From a virus (taxonomy: Duplodnaviria > Caudoviricetes), in IMG/VR virus record IMGVR_UViG_3300048837_000489, positions 1-52,785 of that record: a stretch of DNA of 52,785 nucleotides. One strand, 5' to 3'. A model generated the notes under the pieces. The model was not told the origin of the DNA. It was given only the letters and a program-made list of their open reading frames with translations, and did no database searches. How positions within the stretch are numbered: position 1 is the stretch's first letter; the number at the start of each line of letters is the position of its first letter. Below are positions 1 through 9,674 of the stretch, one piece after another. The position numbers and the translations under genes are program-made.

Positions 1-1552
1 GCTGGCCGTCGCTGGTCGACATGCCAGACAGCCGCGCCGGCCCGTAGTTTGCGCCATTGATCGCAGGCACGTCGCCGCTGTCGTTATCGACGAACCGAAT
101 CCAGCAATCTTCGAGCGTGACGAGATTATTCGCGACCCATCGCCGCACCTTGCCGGGGTGAAAGCCGTCTGCATTGGCGGACACCGGCGCTCCGGCCGAA
201 TCGCCAGAGTAGAAAACTTGGACGATGTTCGGCAGGCGCGGGTAGTTCGGATAAGAATGGCGGGCCAAGTCGGAAGCGGTGTAATTTTCAAACGCCACGT
301 TTTCTTCAAATTGCATCCAGGCGGAAGGCCCCACGGCACCATCGCCACCACCCTGGTTGCCGAAATCGCGCACTAAATCCGGCCGGCATAGGTATTCTGT
401 CACCGTCCCGCCCAACGCATTCGACTGATGATCGCCCCAATTCCGCCACAGCACCGCGCGCACCTGCGCACCCACAAATAAAGCGTTGACCCCATAAAAA
501 ATCTTGTGGCGCCGCTCCGTCCGCTGCCGTTGCAGCCAATTGTCTTTCCGCTCCGTCGCCCTGGCAGTCACCGCGGTCCCGTTGACCAGCGTGTTGTCTT
601 CGTCAAGCTGCCGGTACAGATCATCCCAAAACACTTTCACCGTGCCTTCCACCGCGGTGGCATCGCCGGTGGCAACATCCGTGGATGCACCGGCCCCTAG
701 ATAACTCCAATTCGTGGCCAATTCCGTATCGCGCTCTTGGCCATAGCTGCGGTAATGGTTATTGAAAAACACTCGCACCGTTTCCGGAATATCGGTGGCC
801 GGAAAGTCTTGGGGTTCCGCGTTCCAAATGATCCGGTTGGCCGGTTCGTCGATCGTCTGTTCTGCACCCAGGCGGACGATGGAATACGTGCCGGCCAGGG
901 GATTGTGGGCCACGGCGCAATCGAGTTTTTCTAGCACCGCGCAAAGCGACCACCAGGCATTGAGGCCGTTAAACCGCGCATCCTCCGGCACACCGTGGGG
1001 CGCATAGGGCAAGCCAGGGAACGCTCCCAGCACGCCGCACGCATCCCATAGCGCCGTGCAAAGCGTTGTCCAGGTGTGGCCCTCGGTGCCATCCAGGTAA
1101 TCGGTATCATCGGCGTAGGATCGCACGTTGTAGTTGATGCCACCGGTGGACGAATGCGCCGCCGCGATGCCGCGCGCGTCGCAGAATTCCACCAAGTGCA
1201 AGGCGTTCTTATCGTTGTTGCCGCCATTGAAAAGCCGCTGCGACTTCACCAGATACATTTTCTGAAAGTCGCGGCGAGTTTCGACGCCCGGACCGCCTCC
1301 AAAGTCGTCGGCCTTGTAAAACTCCTTCCAGGTGATGGTGTGAAATTTGTCCGAAGTTTGCTGCGAGGAGGAGGTGAGCGCATCCAGGGCGGATTTCGTG
1401 ACGAGGAGGAAGGCGCGAGTCGCCATCGGCCCGAGCGGGCAGAAGATGGCGTTGGCGCGCTTCCAGGCGGCGGTTCCATCGTCGCGCGATTGATCAGCGA
1501 GGATGACGGGGATGGTGTCGTCGATGGTGATGGTGGTTGAGAATGAGGGCAT
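1..1552 (-). CDS. Putative tail/baseplate structural protein, 3'-truncated by the window edge (about 517 codons visible)
   Basis: Not in the ORF track. Manual translation from ATG at 1552 (MPSFSTTITIDDTIPVIL...KIFYGVNALFVGAQVRAVLWRNWG...) stays open to the window edge. It starts 3 nt after the portal stop. Function inferred from position only. Confidence 0.65.
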   Translation of the reverse strand, partial: MPSFSTTITIDDTIPVILADQSRDDGTAAWKRANAIFCPLGPMATRAFLLVTKSALDALTSSSQQTSDKFHTITWKEFYKADDFGGGPGVETRRDFQKMYLVKSQRLFNGGNNDKNALHLVEFCDARGIAAAHSSTGGINYNVRSYADDTDYLDGTEGHTWTTLCTALWDACGVLGAFPGLPYAPHGVPEDARFNGLNAWWSLCAVLEKLDCAVAHNPLAGTYSIVRLGAEQTIDEPANRIIWNAEPQDFPATDIPETVRVFFNNHYRSYGQERDTELATNWSYLGAGASTDVATGDATAVEGTVKVFWDDLYRQLDEDNTLVNGTAVTARATERKDNWLQRQRTERRHKIFYGVNALFVGAQVRAVLWRNWGDHQSNALGGTVTEYLCRPDLVRDFGNQGGGDGAVGPSAWMQFEENVAFENYTASDLARHSYPNYPRLPNIVQVFYSGDSAGAPVSANADGFHPGKVRRWVANNLVTLEDCWIRFVDNDSGDVPAINGANYGPARLSGMSTSDGQ

Positions 1553-1555
1553 GGG

Positions 1556-4500
1556 TTACTCTTCCGCTTTTGGCCTACCTGATTCAATAATCGCGGGCAG
1601 GTCGTTTTTCAGTCCTTTCGCAACTCGAAGTGAATCGACAGCCCAATCGTGCTCCCAGGGATGAGAGCCCTGTCGTGTGTCGATTCGCTCGGAAGTAAGA
1701 GGCACAACATGATTGCTTAGCCGCAATTTGATCCCGTTCGGAGCAACATAGTATTTACTTCCCGATTCGCTCTTATATTCGAGCTTCCAGCCAGCAGAAA
1801 GAAGTTGCGATTCAACGTCTGATACAATTGCCTCGGTCTCTTTATCTTCGGCCTGTTCTTTGGCCATGTTTTTTGCGGCGGCTGCTTTAATTGCGTTTCT
1901 CTTGTCGGCATCTTCCTTGCCTTTGCCGACAATTGCTTCCATTAACTCTTCTGGCGTTACGCCAAGTTCCCTTGCGGATTGAGCAACCTTAGCCGCGAAC
2001 TTTTCTTTACTATGCTTGTTTCTCTGATTCGCAAGTCGCCTTGCTTCTGCGCTGACTGCCTTGTTTTTCTCCACAAATTCACCATCTTCGTTGCGAGGAT
2101 GTTTCTGTTCGAAATCCTCAGTAAATCTAGCAAACTCCGGCGACGGCTCAAACGGCGGCGGCGCGACCCATTCCCGCTCGCTGGGTGCAGTCCGATTCAG
2201 ATATTCCACGATTCGGCCTTCTCCGTTGAACTGTTCATCACGTACCATTCGCGCCCGCTCCCACCACGCCTGCGCCTCTTGCACGCCTCTCCTGGCAGCT
2301 TGCTCCACCGATACCGGCGTCCAAGAGCAGCGGCAGTTGTAGTCGAACGGCGGACGGAACTTAAACCACGTCGGATCGTCGGCCCGGTAGATGTTCGTCC
2401 CGTTCAATCCGTGCCGTTCCATCGCCGCATGTTCTGGCCGCACCCGCTGGTCAGTCGTGGCGAAGTACGCCCGATACGGGAAAGCATCGCTCACCATCGG
2501 CTGCTCTAGCGACTTGTTCGCGCCGTTGCTGAATGCCGCATTCACGTTGGTTCTAAAAATCGTTTCGATGTGGGCTTCCGACAATGGCCCCTCCACCTCC
2601 AACCGCGCGACAACCGCTTCCGTGAATTCCTCCAAGTTCGCACCCTTGGCGATGTTCTCCTGAAGGATGTCGCGGACGTCGGCCACTGCTTTAGCTTCCA
2701 GGTCGGACGTAATGCCAAACGCCCCGCGCCGCACTTCTTCGGCCACTTGGCGGTAGTCGTTCGACGTGAACACTTCGGAGGATTCCAGAACTTGCACCGC
2801 GTCATCCAGAACGGGGAAGAAGAGGTCGGGCGGCGGTTCGTCTGGGAAGAGTGCTGCCAGGGTAGGTGGCGCGGGTGGAATGCCGGGAGGGCCAACCGGC
2901 GCGGCGGGCGGCGTCAAGGCAGGCGGAACCGAGACAGCCACCTCAGCCGCGCCGGAAAGCTGTCCAGCGAGCATGGAGGCTTGCAAGTCGGAGGAAATGC
3001 CGCGCGAAAGGGATTCAATGAGGGTTTCGATGTCAGTCAGGAGCGCGAACGAATCGAACGTACCGAGCGGGTTGAACGGATCGGTTAATTCAGCCGTTTT
3101 TTTTTGAGGGTCGTCGAGGAGCGCACGGATCGCGTCGGCGGCGGCGCGGATGCGTGCACGAGCGGCGGCCGTGCCGATGGCGGTGATGTCGTCTTGGGAG
3201 GAGGGGGCGGGTTCTTCGAACCTCGTCGAAGTCCCCAGCAGCGGAATCGACGTGTGCGTTCCCGTCTTGTCGGAGAAAATCAACCGATCAAATACCGCCA
3301 CCTTGCCCTGCAAATCGTTCAGCGCGGCAGCGTAAGTCTCGCCCATGCCCGGCTTCACGTAGGCAATCGTGCAATGTGGCTTGTAGTCGGGATAGGTGTC
3401 AGTGCAGTGCAGTTTTTCACTGATTGCCGCATTGAGGTCGCGAAGTCCCTGGCTTTCGATTTCGATTTTTACAACGTCGTGCTCGCTGCCAGGGAAGGTG
3501 GAAGTCTTACCGAACGTCACCGCGATTGGCGCGGAGTCTTGGACTGCTCGCCGCACTTCCTCCGCATCGTTGGTGTGCAGGCCATACTTGACGGTGATGT
3601 GCGGGTTGAGTTCACGGCCGTCCTCTGCGAGGTCATCGAAGTTGATGCGGTCACCCACTTGGCGAAGTTGAAAAGCGAGTTCGCCGGGAAGGTTGAATTG
3701 CGTGCTGCTGAATTGGTGGATAGTGGGTTCGGTTTCACCTTCAGCGAATCGTTGTCCACCACCCGCCATCCTTCCCCCTGGCTGCATCGCTCCCGTCATC
3801 GCGCCGCCGCCTTGCATCCCTCCTGGCTGCCCATTCCCTCCCTGTCCCGGCTGCCCACCAATCGCCCCACCGCCCATCGGGCTTCCGCTCGCATCCTGCG
3901 CGAAACTCTCCACCAGACTCTTCGGCCGCAACTCAAAATCAGGATCGCTTCCCCAGTTCAACCACGCCACATCGCGAAGCAATTGCTCAATCGCTTGAAC
4001 GTAACAGGTCAACTCCTCATTGCAGACCGACAACAGCACCATGAACGGGATGCTTCGCCCTGAATACCCGCTCCCCGTCTCGCTGGCCTTCACCACCTCA
4101 ATCGGGATGTCCGCCGCGCGAAGAATGTCTTCGTCGATGCTCTCGCGCCACTGGAAAATGTCCGTCGCGCCGGGGATATGTTGCGGCGGGGTGTATCGCG
4201 TCAAATCCTTGCCGTTGTTGTCGATCAGCATCGGCATGGTGAGCGCGCCACCACTCAACCGATTCTCACCTTGCTGGCGTAGCACGTCGCGCCACGGCAC
4301 CTCTTGGCCGTTGATCGTCAGGTTCATGTTCGGCGGATACCAGAAAATGTCGCCGATGTACGCATCCTTAATCATGCGGAGTTGCGTCAGTTTCTCCGCA
4401 CCATGAGGCATCCACTTTTTGAACCATGGCGGCCACATGCGGCGCAGAACACCCTTGCCATAAGGTGAGCCATACTCCGCGTTGAACGTCAGCCACAAGG

Positions 4501-5041
4501 CGCGGGGGCCGTACAATTCACGGCCGCGAACCTTGAATCCACAAGGGTTGCCGGATTTCTTATTTCGTAGCGCCTTCATGTCCTCCGGCGCAAAATCCTT
4601 CAGCCCCTCGATCTCAATCATCCTGGTAGCCGGATTCATTTTGTAGGTCGGCTGCAACCCATTGAATCCCCACTTCTTCGTCGCCAGAATCTTGCCGCGA
4701 TTCAACTCCCAAATCACCCGCCATTGATCGTCGAGCCACTTTTTCACCTGCTCATTCTTGGCGGTGATCTCAACTTCCGCGACCGATAAAGCGGCGTTCC
4801 GGATGTTCAGACCAAACTCAACTACCGGATCGGTGTCGAGCATCATCTTGCCATCGAACAACGTATATGGCGGGATGCTGTTTACGATGGTGGCGTAGGG
4901 GTAGTTCGGAAGTCCCTGATAGCCTGCGGTCGGGTCGTGGCCGACGAGCGCGGCCTGCAACTTTTGCTGGCTGCTGTTGAGCTTCGGAAATTGGCTTTTA
5001 ACCCAATTGAACGGCGCGGCGAGGATTTCAGAAGCCTTCAT
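1556..5041 (-). CDS. Portal protein (DUF935/Mu gp29-like) fused to a 2H phosphoesterase (Acb1/T4 gp57B-like), a MuF head-morphogenesis domain and a C-terminal cargo domain
   Basis: The N-terminal ~390 aa are portal-like (EYGSPYGKGVLRRMWPPW; SGYSG). Two HxT motifs follow (NPHITVKYGL, YKPHCTIAY). MuF motifs are present (TIFRTN, YFATTDQRVRPEH, RPPFDYNCRC), then HPRNEDGEF and SGSKYY...LRLSNH. Confidence 0.85.
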   Translation of the reverse strand: MKASEILAAPFNWVKSQFPKLNSSQQKLQAALVGHDPTAGYQGLPNYPYATIVNSIPPYTLFDGKMMLDTDPVVEFGLNIRNAALSVAEVEITAKNEQVKKWLDDQWRVIWELNRGKILATKKWGFNGLQPTYKMNPATRMIEIEGLKDFAPEDMKALRNKKSGNPCGFKVRGRELYGPRALWLTFNAEYGSPYGKGVLRRMWPPWFKKWMPHGAEKLTQLRMIKDAYIGDIFWYPPNMNLTINGQEVPWRDVLRQQGENRLSGGALTMPMLIDNNGKDLTRYTPPQHIPGATDIFQWRESIDEDILRAADIPIEVVKASETGSGYSGRSIPFMVLLSVCNEELTCYVQAIEQLLRDVAWLNWGSDPDFELRPKSLVESFAQDASGSPMGGGAIGGQPGQGGNGQPGGMQGGGAMTGAMQPGGRMAGGGQRFAEGETEPTIHQFSSTQFNLPGELAFQLRQVGDRINFDDLAEDGRELNPHITVKYGLHTNDAEEVRRAVQDSAPIAVTFGKTSTFPGSEHDVVKIEIESQGLRDLNAAISEKLHCTDTYPDYKPHCTIAYVKPGMGETYAAALNDLQGKVAVFDRLIFSDKTGTHTSIPLLGTSTRFEEPAPSSQDDITAIGTAAARARIRAAADAIRALLDDPQKKTAELTDPFNPLGTFDSFALLTDIETLIESLSRGISSDLQASMLAGQLSGAAEVAVSVPPALTPPAAPVGPPGIPPAPPTLAALFPDEPPPDLFFPVLDDAVQVLESSEVFTSNDYRQVAEEVRRGAFGITSDLEAKAVADVRDILQENIAKGANLEEFTEAVVARLEVEGPLSEAHIETIFRTNVNAAFSNGANKSLEQPMVSDAFPYRAYFATTDQRVRPEHAAMERHGLNGTNIYRADDPTWFKFRPPFDYNCRCSWTPVSVEQAARRGVQEAQAWWERARMVRDEQFNGEGRIVEYLNRTAPSEREWVAPPPFEPSPEFARFTEDFEQKHPRNEDGEFVEKNKAVSAEARRLANQRNKHSKEKFAAKVAQSARELGVTPEELMEAIVGKGKEDADKRNAIKAAAAKNMAKEQAEDKETEAIVSDVESQLLSAGWKLEYKSESGSKYYVAPNGIKLRLSNHVVPLTSERIDTRQGSHPWEHDWAVDSLRVAKGLKNDLPAIIESGRPKAEE

Positions 5042-5256
5042 CGTTTCTCACTTTCGAGCTTTGCCAACTTCATTTCCATCCAAAACTCGGCTTTCGCCTT
5101 TTCCGCGATTTCTTTATCCCCGGTTTCCACCAGCACGCGATTATAAACGCCTTCCTTGGTGGTCGGCTCCAGGCTGCGCCGTAGCTTGTCCTCATAGAGC
5201 AGTGCGGCCGGGATGTTGTCGAGCCACTCCTGTTTCAAATCTTCGTCTAACAGCAC
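5038..5256 (-). CDS. Tail assembly chaperone, -1 frame extension (GT-like C-terminal part)
   Basis: The -1 frame from the A9 run at 5307-5315 reads KSRADCILARCYPGLPSWVLLDEDLKQEW and continues into this ORF without a stop. Confidence 0.7.
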   Translation of the reverse strand: MLLDEDLKQEWLDNIPAALLYEDKLRRSLEPTTKEGVYNRVLVETGDKEIAEKAKAEFWMEMKLAKLESEKR

Positions 5257-5678
5257 CCAGGAAGGGAGGCCGGGATAACAGCGGGCGAGGATGCAATCTG
5301 CGCGGCTTTTTTTTTACGTTCATCGTTGAGGGTGGCGACGATCTCGCTCACCGTGTCGTTGAATTCGATAGCCTGCGATTCGCTCCACTTTTCGCGGGCA
5401 ATGGCCGTTTTCGTCGCGAGCCAATCGAGCACCATGGCCCAGCGCTTCGCCTCCGAATCGGTGTTGCGTTCGGCTTGCTCGAGGATGCGGCGGGCTTCGT
5501 AGACGTCGATGTTGACTTCCAGGGAGTTGCCGTCTGGCGAGTGTGCCGCTATTTGCAGGAACGCCGGCGGGGAGAGGTTCAGCCGGTATTGTCGCGCGGC
5601 GGTTGTGGCTGGTGTGGTGGGAATTGGTGCGGTTCCTGGTTCAACCGATGCTGCCAGGGTGGGTGATTCTTCGCTCAT
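5247..5678 (-). CDS. Tail assembly chaperone (G-like), 143 aa
   Basis: ATG at 5678 (MSEESPT). Small, acidic and helical. Ends ERKKKAAQ...CC after a slippery A-run. Confidence 0.65.
   Translation of the reverse strand: MSEESPTLAASVEPGTAPIPTTPATTAARQYRLNLSPPAFLQIAAHSPDGNSLEVNIDVYEARRILEQAERNTDSEAKRWAMVLDWLATKTAIAREKWSESQAIEFNDTVSEIVATLNDERKKKAAQIASSPAVIPASLPGCC
5307..5315 (-). promoter_or_regulatory. Programmed -1 frameshift site (A AAA AAA)
   Basis: CGT AAA AAA AAA GCC on the minus strand; the -1 frame is open into 5038-5256. Confidence 0.7.
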
Positions 5679-5706
5679 CTTTCTCGCCTTTTCGTTAGTG
5701 ATCGAC

Positions 5707-7428
5707 TTAGTAGTTATCGGTAATGTTCGGCTTCGCGCAACTATCTTTACTCCCCTGCCCAAACACGGCCTGTACGCTTCCGCTAAACCGATAGAGTCGC
5801 CACGCGCGGACGAACCACGCGGGGCACTCAAACAGGTCAAACGCAATTTTTGGCTGCATGATTTCCTGTTTGATGAGTTTCACGGGCTTGCCGCCGATCG
5901 TTTTAATGTTCGGCACAACCGGTAAGTACTGCGCGCGAAGCCCTTTGAACTGCAACAGCACCAACCACTCGGGATAACCGTGATACTCGGTCGTCTCGTA
6001 GTCGCTCGCGCTCTGCTGGTATGATGGCCCGCCCAGCGGCATTCCTTCACCCTGGCTTAGCGAATCGCCCGGACTTGAGACCGGCGGCCCCTGGTTGTAG
6101 CTTGACGCTGGCTTGTGCCAGTTCTGCTCATCGGTGCGGCGAAAGTAAACGTCCAGGTCATAGGCGATCCAGCCGCCATCAGGCGGAATCTGCGGACATG
6201 CCAACCCGAAATTTCCCGCCGCGTTGGTTGTAGGCGGCTTGGAGTAGGCGTCGCCGAATGTTCGCGTCGATACGTTGTCGCAGACGTCGATAATCAAGTC
6301 TTCATTCGGCAGCGCCGCGATGTCCGCATTCCCACGGTTGCGCCACAGGTTTTCAATCGACGTTTTCCACGTCTGATAATTGCCCGGCGTGAGCGGTTCC
6401 CAAATTCCGGCCGCGTTCAACATCGCGTTGAGGCACTTCGTGAGCTGCCAGGTGGCGGAACCCGTCGTGATTCTCGCGTCGTCATACTTCGCGTTTTCGA
6501 TTTCGAGCGATTGAGGAATCGCGAACCCCTTGGAATTCGCCAGACGCTCATTCATAAACGCCTGCTTGGCCATCACCGACTGAATGAAGATGATGCCAGC
6601 TAGGCTCTTGCCTACTTCCGGCGACGTTTTGAGCGTCATCGACAGCCTCGCGGTGCCTTTGGCGAATCCCGGCCCCTGCGAAGCGAACGAAAACCGCCCC
6701 TGTGCGAGCGTCACCCCGGCCGGGTAAACATCGCCGGTCAATTGTTGATCCACCACGGTGAAGTTCAACCGCGTCTTGTCGGCGGATTCGTCCCAGTTGT
6801 TCACCATCCGCTTGAAACCGAACGGCACAACGATGTTGATCCGCTCGCGCACTTGGTCCGCGATGGCAACCGGCTGCTTGCCTCCCGCGCCACCACGCCG
6901 CCCAGCGATCTCGACATAACCGGAGATTCGCCGTGTACAAAAACCTTCGAAATCGTTTGTCCAAGTTTGGGCGAAGTTCCAGGCCAGCCAGGTGAGTGGC
7001 GGCGCGTTGCCGGTCGCACATTCCGAGACGTGGAACTGCACCTTCCAGACAACCTCCCACGCCAATTGACCGTGTGGGCGAGCTTCGCATCCAAGCGGCT
7101 TGGGGCCATACTTCAAATCGCTTATGATCGTGCCGAACCCGGTCCCGATGCCGACGATTTTCAGCTCCTTCCCTGGCGCGCTCAATCGCTCCTTCATCGC
7201 ATCCATTGAGGCCGACAAGCCGCCTTCGCCGGTGTCGTAGAAAACGCAGGTGACGCTCAACGTATAGCGAACGTAGATGACCGCGCGGTTCGCGTCGTCA
7301 TAAACGAATTCCGACTTCCAGTAGTATTGGGGCGGCATACTGGAATAGGCTGCGTCCGCACCGCCGAACTGCACCCCGTTGTAGGTGATTGTCGATCCGG
7401 CCAAGTTTGCGGAAGCGATGCCTGCCAT
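5707..7428 (-). CDS. Putative tail tip/baseplate structural protein (573 aa)
   Basis: Long beta-rich ORF immediately after the tape-measure candidate. No family motif recognised. Confidence 0.55.
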   Translation of the reverse strand: MAGIASANLAGSTITYNGVQFGGADAAYSSMPPQYYWKSEFVYDDANRAVIYVRYTLSVTCVFYDTGEGGLSASMDAMKERLSAPGKELKIVGIGTGFGTIISDLKYGPKPLGCEARPHGQLAWEVVWKVQFHVSECATGNAPPLTWLAWNFAQTWTNDFEGFCTRRISGYVEIAGRRGGAGGKQPVAIADQVRERINIVVPFGFKRMVNNWDESADKTRLNFTVVDQQLTGDVYPAGVTLAQGRFSFASQGPGFAKGTARLSMTLKTSPEVGKSLAGIIFIQSVMAKQAFMNERLANSKGFAIPQSLEIENAKYDDARITTGSATWQLTKCLNAMLNAAGIWEPLTPGNYQTWKTSIENLWRNRGNADIAALPNEDLIIDVCDNVSTRTFGDAYSKPPTTNAAGNFGLACPQIPPDGGWIAYDLDVYFRRTDEQNWHKPASSYNQGPPVSSPGDSLSQGEGMPLGGPSYQQSASDYETTEYHGYPEWLVLLQFKGLRAQYLPVVPNIKTIGGKPVKLIKQEIMQPKIAFDLFECPAWFVRAWRLYRFSGSVQAVFGQGSKDSCAKPNITDNY

Positions 7429-7440
7429 GTTGCGTTTTTG

Positions 7441-8685
7441 TTAGAGGATCAACCCGGGCACATTGCCGAATTTGATAGTTTTGGGATCGAGTTGCGCTTC
7501 GCCGGCGGCCGGCGTTGGCCACTCGGGCGGATGGATGTGCGGTTGCGCTTCAAACCATCCCAATAGGTCGAACGGCTTGTCATTGTCGTCGCGCAGTTTT
7601 TCTAATAGCCACGCGATCCGCGCTAGACGAAAAGGCGACTCAATCACTATTCCGGCGGCGGTTATAAGCGGTTGAGCAAACTCCAACCCTTGGCGGGCAA
7701 CATCCGCTAAGCTGCCAATAATCGAAATGGCGTCGTTGGCCATGTCCATGAACGGGCCGGATAATATCGATCCGATATCTTGCAAGTCCTCAGACAGCTT
7801 GGATCGCTCTTCGATATTCTCGGCGACTCGCGCGCCGTTTCGTTGCGAGCGGCGTAGGTCTCCAAGAATCTGGCGCACTTCCGCTTGCGCGGTGGCCGCG
7901 GCCACATCGGGCGAAAGTTCGGCATAGCGATCTTTGACAGAATCGGCGTATTTGTTGCCGATCATGGTTGGAATAGCAACAGAGGCCAACGCTAGGCCAA
8001 CCGGGACGGCTATGGCACCGGCTGCCCCTGCGACGGCACCGGCTGCCCCTGCGCCGGCACCGGCTGCCCCTGCGCCGGCACCGGCCGCCGCGCCAGATCC
8101 AGGAACCGCACTCGCGCCAACGCCAAACGCCGCGCGCCCGGCCACTATCCTGGCCGCCGTCGTCGCTGCCGTTCCCGCGGTATCTCCGGCCATCGGTAAG
8201 CTAGATGCAGCACCAACGCCTGGAATTGATTGTGCAATTGGAAGTGACTGAACGCCCGGGATAGCCCTCGCGACACTCGCCAAACCCCTGGCAGCATTCA
8301 TGCCGGCCAGGCCGGATTGGATGGCGCCCATCACGTCGCCGGATGCCGCGGCCTTCGCAAAGTCTTTGGCGGAACTGCCGACAGCACCCAGGGAGGAGGC
8401 TATTTCGTTCGCACTGCCGCGCGAGCCTGATCCTGCAACGCTCGACGCGCCGGTTGATGGAACCGAGGCCGGGCGCGATGAACTGCCGCGGCCGCCGTCG
8501 TCGCCACCTGTCGCCCGCTCGTTGCGCTGCTGCGCCTTGTCGGGTGCATCCCCGGCAGTCTCCTGGAAGGATTCGCCCACGCCAGAAGATGCGCCGCCAC
8601 TGCTGGACGCGCCGGGCTTGGAAGATGCCGGAAATGCGCCAGTCTTGTCGATAAACTCAAATTTGAATTCGACGTCATCTGCCAC
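7441..8685 (-). CDS. Putative short tape measure protein
   Basis: Ala/Gly-rich with a helical C-terminal half and hydrophobic segments; directly follows the tail tube candidate. Confidence 0.55.
   Translation of the reverse strand: MADDVEFKFEFIDKTGAFPASSKPGASSSGGASSGVGESFQETAGDAPDKAQQRNERATGGDDGGRGSSSRPASVPSTGASSVAGSGSRGSANEIASSLGAVGSSAKDFAKAAASGDVMGAIQSGLAGMNAARGLASVARAIPGVQSLPIAQSIPGVGAASSLPMAGDTAGTAATTAARIVAGRAAFGVGASAVPGSGAAAGAGAGAAGAGAGAAGAVAGAAGAIAVPVGLALASVAIPTMIGNKYADSVKDRYAELSPDVAAATAQAEVRQILGDLRRSQRNGARVAENIEERSKLSEDLQDIGSILSGPFMDMANDAISIIGSLADVARQGLEFAQPLITAAGIVIESPFRLARIAWLLEKLRDDNDKPFDLLGWFEAQPHIHPPEWPTPAAGEAQLDPKTIKFGNVPGLIL
8014..8085. repeat. 21-bp tandem repeat, 3 copies plus a partial (GGCACCGGCTGCCCCTGCGMC), encoding Gly/Ala runs
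   Basis: Units start at 8014, 8035 and 8056, with a partial unit at 8077. Confidence 0.85.
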
Positions 8686-8746
8686 AGTAACCGCCTGTTG
8701 GTTGCGTGGGTGTTAGGCTGCCAGGGTGGGAAAATCGCGCCCCGGC

Positions 8747-9247
8747 TTAGGTATCCGTGAAATACCTCGTCTTCTTGCTCCCGCCGCTTTCCGATTCCGG
8801 CAGCACGCCGAACACAACCGGCACGTTTCGTTCTTCCGGCCCCATTGTGATGTCAAGATTGTGTCCCGGCAGCAAACCGCACAACGGATACGTGCGCGTT
8901 ACCGGTCCCTCCGTCGCCGCGGGTGTCCCGGCCAGCGCCGTCAGCACCATTTGCTTGTAGAGCGGATTGAAAAGCAGGCCAGCTTCGTTGACGATGCCGG
9001 GCGTCGATCCGAACTGCCACTGTGCCGCTTTGGCGTTGGCGTTCCATTCCTTCATCACCAACGCGATGGAGTAGAACCCGCCTTGCAGAATGTAATCGAG
9101 GATCGTTTGCCCGTAAAGGCTCGCGCGAATCGGCAAGCCAATCACCTGTTGCCCGGCGCGGACAGAGCCCTCCATCATGCCGATGCTGTTGCCGTTCCAG
9201 GTCACTTCGTACGGGCCTGGAGGGAAATCGCCGGTGATTGCTGCCAT
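8747..9247 (-). CDS. Putative major tail tube protein
   Basis: 166 aa, beta-rich (GPYEVTWNGNSIG...ERNVPVVF). Lies between the neck genes and the tape measure. Confidence 0.65.
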   Translation of the reverse strand: MAAITGDFPPGPYEVTWNGNSIGMMEGSVRAGQQVIGLPIRASLYGQTILDYILQGGFYSIALVMKEWNANAKAAQWQFGSTPGIVNEAGLLFNPLYKQMVLTALAGTPAATEGPVTRTYPLCGLLPGHNLDITMGPEERNVPVVFGVLPESESGGSKKTRYFTDT

Positions 9248-9302
9248 GATTATGTTCCTTGAATATGCGGCGAAAATTCCGCCTTGTGTGCGTTGCCTTA
9301 AA

Positions 9303-9638
9303 TTACGCCAACGGATGAATTCTTAGCCCGACGCCGGCCAGTGATACGCTTACCGCGTCTTCGGTTTCGCCCAGCGGCAACACCGTGGATACCGGCGCAA
9401 ATCGCGGGTCTGCTTCCCACTCCTTGAGCTTCATCAGGTCATTCAACCGCATCCCGCTCAGCACGAAGCCGACGTGAGACGCCAAGTTTTCGACGCTCCA
9501 CGCGATTGGGATGATTGCAATCGGCATCTCGACTTCCGCGTCGAAGAATTTCCCGAAGTCGGTCCCCAGCATTTGCACGGCCGGATCGCTCAGGTTCTTC
9601 TTCAGGGTGCGGACGATAACGAGCTTGGAAATGGTCAT
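9303..9638 (-). CDS. Hypothetical protein in the tail module
   Basis: ATG-started ORF fitting the operon. Confidence 0.6.
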   Translation of the reverse strand: MTISKLVIVRTLKKNLSDPAVQMLGTDFGKFFDAEVEMPIAIIPIAWSVENLASHVGFVLSGMRLNDLMKLKEWEADPRFAPVSTVLPLGETEDAVSVSLAGVGLRIHPLA

Positions 9639-9674
9639 TGTGTTCGCCTTTATGCTTCCGGCTTTCCGCCGCCT

